Positions 1 through 8,759 of a stretch of DNA of 20,000 nucleotides are shown here, piece by piece. Each line of letters starts with the position of its first letter. Position 1 is the stretch's first letter. Origin of the DNA: an uncultured virus (IMG/VR IMGVR_UViG_3300027896_000030). Taxonomy: Duplodnaviria; Heunggongvirae; Uroviricota; Caudoviricetes. A program made the translations under genes and the position numbers. The notes under the pieces are model-generated. The model searched no databases, was not told where the DNA came from, and worked only from the letters and a program-made list of their open reading frames with translations. The DNA lies in IMG/VR virus record IMGVR_UViG_3300027896_000030; one strand, 5' to 3'.

Positions 1-134
1 CCACGAAACAAGAAAGACTATGATTGTCAGCAGGAGGGGGCTCATCAGATTCATTAATAATTCCTCCTATTTTGGCTGTTACTGTTGATATACTGATTTC
101 TTGACTAATTTTGTTTGTGTTCATTCTTATAATC

Positions 135-236
135 TTACTTTATTATATATTGCTGGCCTATACAAATTGCAGCAAGAGTTACACTTGCTGCTGCGATTAT
201 AATAGCCAAAATTAGTGTTTTTTGTTGCTTTGTCAT
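135..236 (-). CDS. 33-aa single-TM micropeptide (MTKQQKTLILAIIIAAASVTLAAICIGQQYIIK)
   Basis: Translated by hand (below the ORF track cutoff). ATG at 236, TAA at 135-137. Basic N-terminus then a hydrophobic helix; co-oriented with neighbours. Confidence 0.45.
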   Translation of the reverse strand: MTKQQKTLILAIIIAAASVTLAAICIGQQYIIK

Positions 237-252
237 AATATTGATTTCTTGT

Positions 253-360
253 TTATTTTTTGTAGACTGCTTTCATTATTGATATTACTATTATTAATAT
301 CGATAATATAGTACAGATGGCTATGAAGAACCAATTCAATATTTTATATTTCTTTGCCAT
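253..360 (-). CDS. 35-aa single-TM micropeptide (MAKKYKILNWFFIAICTILSILIIVISIMKAVYKK)
   Basis: C-terminal part of track ORF 253..444. The internal ATG at 360 avoids overlap with ORF 378..500. Hydrophobic core flanked by Lys. Confidence 0.5.
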   Translation of the reverse strand: MAKKYKILNWFFIAICTILSILIIVISIMKAVYKK

Positions 361-377
361 ATTATTATAAATGATAG

Positions 378-500
378 TTACGCAAATCCTAACCAGCGCA
401 TCACAGCACACTTCGTTAACCAGCGACCTGTCCGTAACCACCATTTAGTCTTTGGTCCTAACTTGTTATCTTTGGATATTGTGTTTGTTTCGTTACTCAT
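378..500 (-). CDS. 40-aa cationic Trp-rich peptide (MSNETNTISKDNKLGPKTKWWLRTGRWLTKCAVMRWLGFA)
   Basis: Translated by hand. ATG at 500 preceded by AAGGA SD-like sequence; TAA at 378-380; fills the gap after ORF 521..1042. Confidence 0.5.
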   Translation of the reverse strand: MSNETNTISKDNKLGPKTKWWLRTGRWLTKCAVMRWLGFA

Positions 501-520
501 AATTTTTCCTTATTCTATTT

Positions 521-1042
521 TTACAAATCACTTTTACAATTCTTCATAAACTCAGAAGCATCACAACCAAGCATTTGTGAAAGAATCGGAAGCATTTCAA
601 GTACCATATCATTATCAGAGTCTAAAACTACAGAAGCGTCCCATAATAATTTACGAATTGAATCTTCATTAAGAAGATTGATAAATGCTGCAAGTGCATC
701 TGGACTAATTGCTTGTAATGCTAATAGTACTTTTATTTTTGAGATTTTAAAAGGTGCAGCTTCTGCAGCAGCCCGAGCTTCCGCCTGCAACTGAATATCA
801 GTAGCAGCTTTAGCTAAAAGATCTGCTTGATATTCTGCAGTAGCAATTTTAATTTTTTCATCGATCTCATGTCGTTCTGTTACTGTCATTGGTCGCAAAC
901 CATTGTCGTCTATAATTGCATAAGTAAGTGGTGTTCCAGAAGATAAAAATTCTGATACACCCTTTCTTGTTGCTCCTTGCGGAAGAGGGTCATCACACTG
1001 AAAAATCTCAATACCTGTATTTAATAATCTTGCTGCCCACAT
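521..1042 (-). CDS. hypothetical phage protein, resembling tail-fibre-associated/assembly proteins
   Basis: 173 aa; GGAGG SD upstream. The LRPMTVTE..EID and ISK.K...AL...W.AS...DSDN.MV...LG patterns recall small helical proteins found downstream of fibre genes (by eye only). Confidence 0.5.
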   Translation of the reverse strand: MWAARLLNTGIEIFQCDDPLPQGATRKGVSEFLSSGTPLTYAIIDDNGLRPMTVTERHEIDEKIKIATAEYQADLLAKAATDIQLQAEARAAAEAAPFKISKIKVLLALQAISPDALAAFINLLNEDSIRKLLWDASVVLDSDNDMVLEMLPILSQMLGCDASEFMKNCKSDL

Positions 1043-1044
1043 AA

Positions 1045-2428
1045 CTAATTTCCTCCCTGACTTTTAATTGCACTATTCTTACGAAAAGAACTGTTCTGAC
1101 GATACAATGACCAGGAACTGGAACTAGAACTCCTGGCAACTAAAGTTAACAGGATTCTCTTTGTAATTGTATCCAAAGCTACACTAGTGGTAGCGCCAGA
1201 CCACGGACTACTAGAAGTGTCAACTGTCCATGTACCCAATACAGGATCAGTTCCACTATAAGACATCACCACAAAAGTACCATTAGGATTACTTAAAAAT
1301 CCTCCGTTCAGTACACGCAGTGTTGTATTTGAATCAAGTGTAAGATTACCTAATACAGAAATCATATCGTTAGTAGATGCGCCAAGTTCCCAATTAATAA
1401 TAGAGTTATTTAACATTACAAGATTTGTGGCAAATGTAATTGTACCAACACTAGAACCTGGGGATATAGTGCCAGCATTAGTGACCACACTATTAAAAGT
1501 ACCAACACCTGCAAGAGTTCCATTAACATCATTTGTAACTGGGCAAAGAAGTGGTAAGCTTCCATCAATTTGAACAGTACCTTGAACAACGATAACACCG
1601 CCTGTAAACGTGTTAACATTATTAGTTATTGTAATCGTCTGCGTGGCATTAGACGCAACAAAACCATAACCAGAAATCAGACCTCCAAACGTTAAGGGGG
1701 CTGCAGTTGTATGCCTACCTACCACAGGATTTACTTCGCTGAAATAAGTTGGACCCACCCACACCAAACCGTAAGACGCGCTCGTACTCCCCCATTATAC
1801 AATTGCCCAAAACACTAAGGCTGTTAGTAATTGTCTTAATCGTCGACCCGGCGTTTACAACCGAACCACTGTATATATTTATAAGACCTGTTCCAAAGGA
1901 TAAGTTATTACCTACAGTAACCTGACCACCCTGTAAATCAAACCCCCCACTAAAATCATTCGAGGTACTCAAAGCCAGGATACCGGCACCCCACTTAGAT
2001 ATCTTACCGGGACCCCGTACCCAGTTAGCACACGTGACGGTGCCGCCAAGATTCGTCCAAATGTTATCGACAGAGTTGGTAATAGTGGCGTTAAACGTCA
2101 CAGTACCATTAGAAGCAACTATACCATCTACACCTATTACAATGTTTGTTCTAAGACTCGTGCTACTGTCAATTACCCAGGTACTACTATCCGTAAACTG
2201 AAAGCCGGACACAGAAACAGAAGCTTGGTCAACGAGAGGGTTAACCTTCGTACCCTTGGCATTAAACTGTGCAATATCTGCAGAAGTAGGTACACCATTA
2301 GACCAGTTGGCTGTGGTTGACCACACCCGGCTAGAAGTTGATGTCCATACACAAACTGTTGCTGTGGCTTGATTAAAACATAGCAACCCCAAAAATATTG
2401 ATAACAATATTGTTAATGTTTTATTCAT
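1045..2428 (-). pseudogene. secreted autotransporter-associated beta-strand-repeat (PATR) beta-helix protein, split by a frameshift (track ORFs 1715..2443 and 1045..1767)
   Basis: Signal-peptide-like MNKTLTILLSIFLGLLCFNQATA. WSTTANWSNGVP motif; repeats GPGKISKWGAGILALSTSNDFSGG and TITITNNVNTFTGGVIVVQGTVQI; GTISPGSSVGTITF motif. Removing one G from G5 at 1789-1793 joins the ORFs into about 460 aa. Confidence 0.7.
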
Positions 2429-2429
2429 A

Positions 2430-3188
2430 TTATAACCTAACATAGACTACACGAATAGTGATACTATTGGTTACGTTTCCAGGAAATGTAACACGAAACC
2501 ACATAGAAGATGATCCAGTTAAATCTTGATAAAAAGGTACAGTAAATCGTTCGACATGACTATATAAAGATCCTATGCCATAGGAATTATAATTTGCACT
2601 TCCTCGGGTAACTACGTTTCCAGTAACACTAACAGCACGAACAAAACCGTTACTACCAGTCAATGCATCTTGTTGATAATACATGTCACCAATAATTATA
2701 CTAGATGCATCAGTGACTGCTGATGTGGTAGCTCCGATACCAGATGCAGAAGTAAATAATGTACTCATCAACGTACCATTTGTGGTTGGTGCTGAACTTG
2801 CAGCAGTGGCGCCAGCATCACTAAACAGCAGATTTTCTGCACGGCGATTAGAATGATCATAAACTTCATAAAGAACTGAAGCAGAGTATGGAGCAGAATT
2901 TGTTTGATCTAAGTACAATCTAATATCATACGCATTAATTGCATTGGCAACAAAACCACTAAACTGAAAATCGGCTGTATTTGTTACTGTTACACGAATG
3001 GAATTTGTATAAAACGTCTTTATTCCTTCAACGCTATATGGTACACCTCTAGCATTAACTAAAGTATCATTCGTTCTTATATTTTCAATAAATCCTCTAG
3101 TATATTCAACTTTTGGAACAACATTGGTTGCTCCAAAAAGAAAGACCGGTACTAGAATACCAAAAATACTGATTAATAACTTATTCAT
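2430..3188 (-). CDS. signal-peptide-bearing Ser/Thr-rich beta-strand protein
   Basis: 252 aa; N-terminus MNKLLISIFGILVPVFLFGA; AAGGA SD; immediately upstream of the PATR gene. Confidence 0.7.
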   Translation of the reverse strand: MNKLLISIFGILVPVFLFGATNVVPKVEYTRGFIENIRTNDTLVNARGVPYSVEGIKTFYTNSIRVTVTNTADFQFSGFVANAINAYDIRLYLDQTNSAPYSASVLYEVYDHSNRRAENLLFSDAGATAASSAPTTNGTLMSTLFTSASGIGATTSAVTDASSIIIGDMYYQQDALTGSNGFVRAVSVTGNVVTRGSANYNSYGIGSLYSHVERFTVPFYQDLTGSSSMWFRVTFPGNVTNSITIRVVYVRL

Positions 3189-3218
3189 ATTATTTCCTTC
3201 TTTAATTGAAAAATTAAA

Positions 3219-3473
3219 TTATATATTGGTTTGTATAATTATTGTCCATACTGCTGCACCCGGAGTGGCATCAGAACATCTATATAATATTCTTGTTGCA
3301 TTATCTTGGACAAAATAACCAACACCAAACTTAAATCCAGTACCTGCAGTATCAGCACTATCCCAATTAACAGTAGGAGTACCAGATAAACTGGAAATTG
3401 TTACTGGTATTGTAAGTGATGCACTTGTATACAATTCATTTATTTGGGTTGTAATATCATCTGATTGGCTCAT
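3219..3473 (-). CDS. small putative virion/tail-fibre-related protein
   Basis: 84 aa; AAGGAG SD. The PTVNWDS...G...G....D......Y.C.DATPGAAVW motif recurs in phage fibre/adhesin proteins (recalled, not searched). Confidence 0.55.
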   Translation of the reverse strand: MSQSDDITTQINELYTSASLTIPVTISSLSGTPTVNWDSADTAGTGFKFGVGYFVQDNATRILYRCSDATPGAAVWTIIIQTNI

Positions 3474-3500
3474 ATCATGTACTCCTTAAATTGTAAAAAC

Positions 3501-3516
3501 CTTTTTATTTTGTTCT
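3501..3516 (-). promoter_or_regulatory. candidate phage late promoter motif AGAACAAAATAAAAAG
   Basis: Exact 16-nt copy at 8728..8743; both lie in intergenic gaps just upstream of minus-strand SD/ATG. Confidence 0.55.
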
Positions 3517-3629
3517 ATAATAGGGTAGAGATGATAGAGGAGATATTGGATAACTTGTGATAATCATATATATTAATATGTGAGAAGTTTTTTATTTTAA
3601 GAAGAACATATTATATAGGAGATTAGGAT

Positions 3630-5366
3630 ATGAACATGCAATGTATGATATGTAACAGAGAGTTTGAGATTGGTCGTTTACAAATACATTTATCTAAAAT
3701 TCATAAAATAAATTTAGAAGAGTATTATATCAAATATATAGATTCATCTGTTTCTAAAATATGTCCGGTGTGTGGAAATCTAAAAAAGTTTATTGGGTTC
3801 AAAAATGGATATAGTATAACCTGTGGCAAAAAAACATGTAGATCAGTATATATAAATGTAATGTATAAAGATAATCAAAGAGCTGGTTGTATAAAAAGAA
3901 ACAAAAAATGGAAAGAAGAAATCATAGATGGTAAAACAAAACAGCAATTAATTATTGAATCTGGTTCAGAATTGAGAAAACTTAAACAAGAAGAAACATC
4001 TATTAAGATTTCTAATGCGCTGAAAGAAAAAGATTCAGATGGTCATACTTGTGTTGCTAGAAGTTTTATAAAAAAATATGGCGAAGAAATAACTAATCCA
4101 ATGCATCTTTCAGAAAATGTTTTGAAAATAAGAAAAACATTTCAAGAGCGTTATGGTGTTGATTGGATTACACAATCAAAAGATGTAAAAGAAACAATTA
4201 GAAATTCTGTATTTAATAAGTATGGTGTTTTCAATTATGCTCAGAGTCAAGAAGCAAAAGATAATATGGCTGTTCGTTATAAAGATATTACAATCATAAA
4301 AATTTTAAAATATTTCGAATCAAATAATTTATCTGTTATAGGTGATATCCAAGATATTTATCGAAATGAGAAAACTTCATTGAAGTACAAATGTAATATA
4401 TGTAATACAGAATATGAAAAATGTTGGAATGATATTCAATCATGGTGGATATGCAGAAGATGTAATCCATATTCAAATTCAAGTTATGAAATTGAATTAG
4501 AAACTTATCTTTCACAATACAACATTCCTTTTCTCAGAAGACAAAATATCATTAAAAATCCTATTAGTGGACGAATGTTAGAATTAGATTTTTATTTTTC
4601 TGATCTGAATATTGCTATAGAATTTGATGGATTATATTGGCATTGTAATGAAAATCAACTAAATGATAATTATCATTTAATGAAAACAGAACTTTGCGAA
4701 AAACAAGGAATTAGACTTATTCATATTTTTGAAGATGAGTGGATACTAAAAAAAAATGTTGTTCTTTCTAGAATTTCTAATCTGTTACATCTACCAAACT
4801 TAAAGAAAATTCATGCAAGAAAATGCATAGTGAAAATTATAGATTTTTCAACAAAAAAGAAATTTCTAATAGAAAATCATATTCAAGGAAACGATGTAGC
4901 GTGTATTAATCTTGGTTTATTTCATGAAAATAAGTTAGTATCAGTAATGACATTTTCAAAAGGAAGTATAGCTAAAGGTCATATTCAAAAAGATGGGTGT
5001 TATGAATTATCTAGATTTTCTAATCTATGTTTTCATACTATTCCGGGCGCAGCATCTAAACTACTATCATATTTTAAGAAAAATTATTCTTGGAAAGAAA
5101 TATTTTCATATGCTGATAGACGATGGAGTAGTGGCAATGTATATCATAAGTTAGAATTTAAACTTGATTCTGTTAGTATTCCAAATTATTGGTATATGAA
5201 TAAATTGAATATGTTAAAACGAATTCATAGATTTGTGTTTAGAAAATCAATGGTAATAAAAATCGACGGTTATAATGATCAATTAAATATTCAAGATAAT
5301 ATGAAGAATATGGGATATTGTTGGATATATGACTGTGGAAATTATAAATTCGTTATGATCAAATAA
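3630..5366 (+). CDS. free-standing Hef-like homing endonuclease: Zn-fingers, KYG repeats, Vsr/DUF559-type nuclease, C-terminal Mom/GNAT-like domain
   Basis: CxxC..HxxxxH, CPVCG, CNIC..CRRC; K/R-YG repeats; ELDFY....IAIEFDGLYWH...KTELCEKQGIRLIHIFEDEW; YELSRF...ASKLL..F...IFSYADRRWS.G.VY. Only substantial plus-strand gene in the window. Confidence 0.8.
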   Translation: MNMQCMICNREFEIGRLQIHLSKIHKINLEEYYIKYIDSSVSKICPVCGNLKKFIGFKNGYSITCGKKTCRSVYINVMYKDNQRAGCIKRNKKWKEEIIDGKTKQQLIIESGSELRKLKQEETSIKISNALKEKDSDGHTCVARSFIKKYGEEITNPMHLSENVLKIRKTFQERYGVDWITQSKDVKETIRNSVFNKYGVFNYAQSQEAKDNMAVRYKDITIIKILKYFESNNLSVIGDIQDIYRNEKTSLKYKCNICNTEYEKCWNDIQSWWICRRCNPYSNSSYEIELETYLSQYNIPFLRRQNIIKNPISGRMLELDFYFSDLNIAIEFDGLYWHCNENQLNDNYHLMKTELCEKQGIRLIHIFEDEWILKKNVVLSRISNLLHLPNLKKIHARKCIVKIIDFSTKKKFLIENHIQGNDVACINLGLFHENKLVSVMTFSKGSIAKGHIQKDGCYELSRFSNLCFHTIPGAASKLLSYFKKNYSWKEIFSYADRRWSSGNVYHKLEFKLDSVSIPNYWYMNKLNMLKRIHRFVFRKSMVIKIDGYNDQLNIQDNMKNMGYCWIYDCGNYKFVMIK

Positions 5367-5378
5367 AACGAGAGGGAA

Positions 5379-5412
5379 TTTCCCTCCTAGAATTTTCATT
5401 CTAGGAGGGAAA
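5379..5412. terminator. perfect 15-bp hairpin between convergent genes, probable terminator
   Basis: TTTCCCTCCTAGAAT-tttc-ATTCTAGGAGGGAAA. The loop reads GAAA (GNRA) on the minus strand, downstream of the capsid gene. Confidence 0.7.
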
Positions 5413-5466
5413 CCGAAACTGTTCTAACACCCAATCATCTGGGGGTTGAACTTATGCGATTTTAAA

Positions 5467-6948
5467 TTATACAGATTGAATGATGTTCAGAACTGAAATA
5501 CCCTGAGGACGAACCAACTGAGTACCATAACGGCTCAGCACGGTTAAGCTAGGAATGTTCCCTAGGGGGTACGGCGTTAAGACAGCAGGCACGTACGGAG
5601 CGAAAATATATACCGCTTTCATTTCCTCTACAGGCTTATAAAGACACAGCGTCTTACCCTGAGGAACTACTGGCGATACCAATACTTTCCACTTCCCATT
5701 TGCCACAGTTGCTGATTCATATCCCATTGTGCCATCTTCATCACTCTTACCGGTGTAACGGAATTCTTGAAGTGATTCAAACACAGTTGCATCCAGAGGA
5801 TTGCATGCCAGCGTGTTAGCTGCTGCAATGTTGGTGTCTGTGTAGACTGAAGCTGATAGAGTGTTCAATACAGGCAGTACGTTCTCTAACCACTGTTTTG
5901 GACCCCATGTATAATTAGCACTATAAGAAGCTGGGTTCTTATCGAATGTCAAATTGTGACTTGTTCCATTTAGTCTTTCGCAAGCATAAATGAGACTGTT
6001 GATGATCTCACGATCGAGATCCAACACAATTTGCTGACCGATTACAGAAACCAACTCAGCTTGTACATCCACATTGAACAGGGCTTTGATGTCCTGCTCC
6101 ATCTGGATTGTCCACTCGGTGCTGATCTGACGATCACGAGCAACCAAGCGTAGCTTGTCAATATTAAATGTAACGCGGGGGTTAATTGTATTCTCTTCAA
6201 GAGAAACAGTTGATGTAAATGCAATTAGAGAAATACCATTTGTTGCACCAAGAACAGATGATGTATTTAGAACACCAGTTAATAGATTAATATTACCAGT
6301 TAATGTATCAGTTACTGTGGAGTTTGAGTTACTGATTGTTGCAGAAATATCACCGTCAACAGTAGGAGTGATTGATACGGCTACTACTTCTGTTCCTGCG
6401 CCCTTCTTAATCGTTACGCCAGTGATCGTGAAATCTTTTTCAATATGAGCAATATCAGAATTTAGACCAGCAAGAGCAAGAATATCTCTTTGACCAACAG
6501 CTACCATCGATGTCAGAGGAACTGTGATATCTGGGCCACGGGAAATATCAGTGTTTGAAGGAGCCTGATAGGTCTTCGAATCACCGAATCTCTTGAACAT
6601 GGCGCGTACGAAACCACGAACGATCTCTGGCTTATCCATAGGAATTACTGTTACCAATTCCTTGGCAATGGTCTTGGGGAAGAACACGCGCAGGAGTGGG
6701 AGAGCAAGTGTTTCGTAGGGGTTAAGCTGATACATTGAATTTTCGAGCAAGCATCTGCGAGTATTCTCAGCCAGTAATCTGAATGATGTAACATCATCAG
6801 AATTCTTAATACCTTCACTCAATGACTTGATGTAGGTATCAAAATGCTCGTCGTTAACCAGAATTTCTCTGATTGCGCCGGGTTTTGACGGATCAATACC
6901 CGTACTTTTCTTTGTAAAACTATAAGCTTCTTTTAGAAGTTTTTTCAT
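5467..6948 (-). CDS. gp23: major capsid protein, T4 gp23-like
   Basis: EWTIQMEQDIKALFNVDVQAELVSVIGQQIVLDLDREII, YIFAPYVP and SRYG match gp23-family motifs; downstream of protease and portal. Confidence 0.92.
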   Translation of the reverse strand: MKKLLKEAYSFTKKSTGIDPSKPGAIREILVNDEHFDTYIKSLSEGIKNSDDVTSFRLLAENTRRCLLENSMYQLNPYETLALPLLRVFFPKTIAKELVTVIPMDKPEIVRGFVRAMFKRFGDSKTYQAPSNTDISRGPDITVPLTSMVAVGQRDILALAGLNSDIAHIEKDFTITGVTIKKGAGTEVVAVSITPTVDGDISATISNSNSTVTDTLTGNINLLTGVLNTSSVLGATNGISLIAFTSTVSLEENTINPRVTFNIDKLRLVARDRQISTEWTIQMEQDIKALFNVDVQAELVSVIGQQIVLDLDREIINSLIYACERLNGTSHNLTFDKNPASYSANYTWGPKQWLENVLPVLNTLSASVYTDTNIAAANTLACNPLDATVFESLQEFRYTGKSDEDGTMGYESATVANGKWKVLVSPVVPQGKTLCLYKPVEEMKAVYIFAPYVPAVLTPYPLGNIPSLTVLSRYGTQLVRPQGISVLNIIQSV

Positions 6949-6952
6949 GATT

Positions 6953-7369
6953 TTACTTATCTTTCTTAGTCTTTATTGTGGTTATTCTCTGAAGAAGAGC
7001 CAATCTCTTCTCCAATTCAACTACCGGCTGTCTATCTAAAGTTATAATAATTTCTGTCACAATTGATTTCACTTTTTCATTTAATGAATTACAATTCAAT
7101 TTTTGAATTTCTTGTAGTATCTTATTCTTTAAAGATTCTGCTACAATATCATTTTTCAATTTAAGAAATTTATTGTGATTTTCAGAAATTACTGTTCTTA
7201 ACTTTTTGATCTCAGCCACGTTGTTTGAGAATTGTCCATGTTTTTTTCTTAAATCTTCATAAAACAGTGGAGCAACATGCTCAAGCAAATTATCAAACAA
7301 AAGAATCTTTGATGCTTGATTGTTGTCAATCATGTTCGAATCTAGGATGTTAGTTTGGGTGATTTTCAT
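6953..7369 (-). CDS. helical hypothetical protein, possible prohead core/scaffold
   Basis: Likely start ATG at 7369 overlaps the upstream TGA (ATGA coupling); coiled-coil-like; between protease and capsid genes. Confidence 0.6.
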   Translation of the reverse strand: MKITQTNILDSNMIDNNQASKILLFDNLLEHVAPLFYEDLRKKHGQFSNNVAEIKKLRTVISENHNKFLKLKNDIVAESLKNKILQEIQKLNCNSLNEKVKSIVTEIIITLDRQPVVELEKRLALLQRITTIKTKKDK

Positions 7370-7680
7370 TTCTTCACCCCCTGATTCAAACACAGCATTA
7401 AAGAATCTTTCAACTTTTTGTTTTCGATTGTTTTTCGTTTTAACGTCTCATCTAAACGAGTAATTACTTTCTCTGATCTTAATTGTAAATCTTTTAATTT
7501 TTCAATTTTAGTTATTGATTCATTTGTTTTAGATTCTAATAATTTTTTCGATTTAGATTTAACGATTTCAAAATTATCTTTTTCAAGAAAAATTTTGAAC
7601 TTTTTACAAATATCGTTCGAAATATTTGTATTATTTTTAATTTGTTCTTTATTTTCTAGATTTCTGACACTATTAGTCAT
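7366..7680 (-). CDS. Lys-rich coiled-coil hypothetical protein, possible prohead core
   Basis: 104 aa; AGGAG SD upstream; position in head module. Confidence 0.6.
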   Translation of the reverse strand: MTNSVRNLENKEQIKNNTNISNDICKKFKIFLEKDNFEIVKSKSKKLLESKTNESITKIEKLKDLQLRSEKVITRLDETLKRKTIENKKLKDSLMLCLNQGVKK

Positions 7681-7721
7681 TTGGTATCTTTAACTCCTAC
7701 AAACGAATAATTTATATGGAT

Positions 7722-8417
7722 TTATACTGATTTGTATCTATTAACTAAATTAATTATTCTGCGTTCAACCAATTCATCAAAGTAGTTAGGAAGATAACAT
7801 TTTCCGTTACTACAACAAATTAGTTGTTTTGATTCCTTGATAATATGAACAACATGTTCGTTACGAATCTCTTGAATTGTTGCTGAGTTGTGACTTGGTT
7901 CAGATACGCTATCATATGTGATAACCATTAATGGAGCCAATACTTCTTGAAATGTTTGTCTATCTTCAACATCAGCTAGGCCACGAAGAGAAAAACCAAC
8001 CGGAACTCTATCCATAATTAAACCAGATAAAGTTTTTCCATTATTTGAATACGGGGTAGTTTCAATAACACCGCGAATGAATGATCCATCCCAACCCCAT
8101 TCACGAATGATATGAGAAACTTCTTTATACATAACAGTTGTCTGTCTAACTTGATCATCTGTAATAGGATGATCTAATTCGCCAACAAAACCACGTTTAT
8201 CGATTTTAGCTTGAATCTTATTCATTGCTTCATCAAGAACCTTTTTAGGATATACTCTCTTATTTTGATTCTTAACATCAGCTTCTTGTAAATAAGCTTC
8301 AAAAATAACTTTACCATCTGTATATCTTTTAACTTTTCCAGGAGCAGCAAAAACAGCAGACTCAACCAACAGATTAGAAAAAACTTTACCCTTTATTTGC
8401 TGTTGTTGTCTGTTCAT
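7722..8417 (-). CDS. gp21: prohead core protein protease, T4 gp21-like
   Basis: QEADVKNQNKRVYP, GELDHP, VSHII, GFSLRG and YDSVSEPS motifs. Confidence 0.93.
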   Translation of the reverse strand: MNRQQQQIKGKVFSNLLVESAVFAAPGKVKRYTDGKVIFEAYLQEADVKNQNKRVYPKKVLDEAMNKIQAKIDKRGFVGELDHPITDDQVRQTTVMYKEVSHIIREWGWDGSFIRGVIETTPYSNNGKTLSGLIMDRVPVGFSLRGLADVEDRQTFQEVLAPLMVITYDSVSEPSHNSATIQEIRNEHVVHIIKESKQLICCSNGKCYLPNYFDELVERRIINLVNRYKSV

Positions 8418-8432
8418 TTTTTATCCTTTAAA

Positions 8433-8714
8433 TTATTCTTTTGATTTAGCTACTTTATATCCTACAGTAGCTCCAATTGGCCCACCAATAACTGATCCAA
8501 AAGGAAGAGCTCCACCAATACCCCCACCAAGAGCCATTATTTTTAATTGCCTAGCTTTATTTAATAATTTTTGTTTTTTAACTGGATCTATTTCTTTTTC
8601 AGCTTCTCTCTTATATAGTAAAGAAGCAGCAAGTGGACCACCACCCCATACAGCAGCACCAGTTAATCCTTCGATAAGAGAAATCGTCTCAGCAATTTTT
8701 GTATATTTCTGCAT
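8433..8714 (-). CDS. small glycine-zipper protein, putative internal head protein
   Basis: 93 aa; GGGIGGALPFGSVIGGPIGATVG; N-terminal SLIE|G; GAGG SD and upstream promoter-like motif. Confidence 0.65.
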   Translation of the reverse strand: MQKYTKIAETISLIEGLTGAAVWGGGPLAASLLYKREAEKEIDPVKKQKLLNKARQLKIMALGGGIGGALPFGSVIGGPIGATVGYKVAKSKE

Positions 8715-8727
8715 ATAAAATTATCCT

Positions 8728-8743
8728 CTTTTTATTTTGTTCT
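8728..8743 (-). promoter_or_regulatory. candidate late promoter motif AGAACAAAATAAAAAG
   Basis: Identical to 3501..3516; intergenic and abutting the SD of 8433..8714. Confidence 0.55.
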
Positions 8744-8759
8744 GATTTTTAAGATAATC

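Noticed and set aside
1..124. Edge-truncated ORF: either from ATG 124 (MNTNKISQEISISTV...) or ATG 54 (MNLMSPLLL...)
   Set aside because: Two frames are open to the window edge and I cannot decide between them, so it is not listed as a feature.
361..444. N-terminal extension of track ORF 253..444
   Set aside because: Overlaps the better-supported 378..500 ORF; ATG at 360 is more parsimonious.
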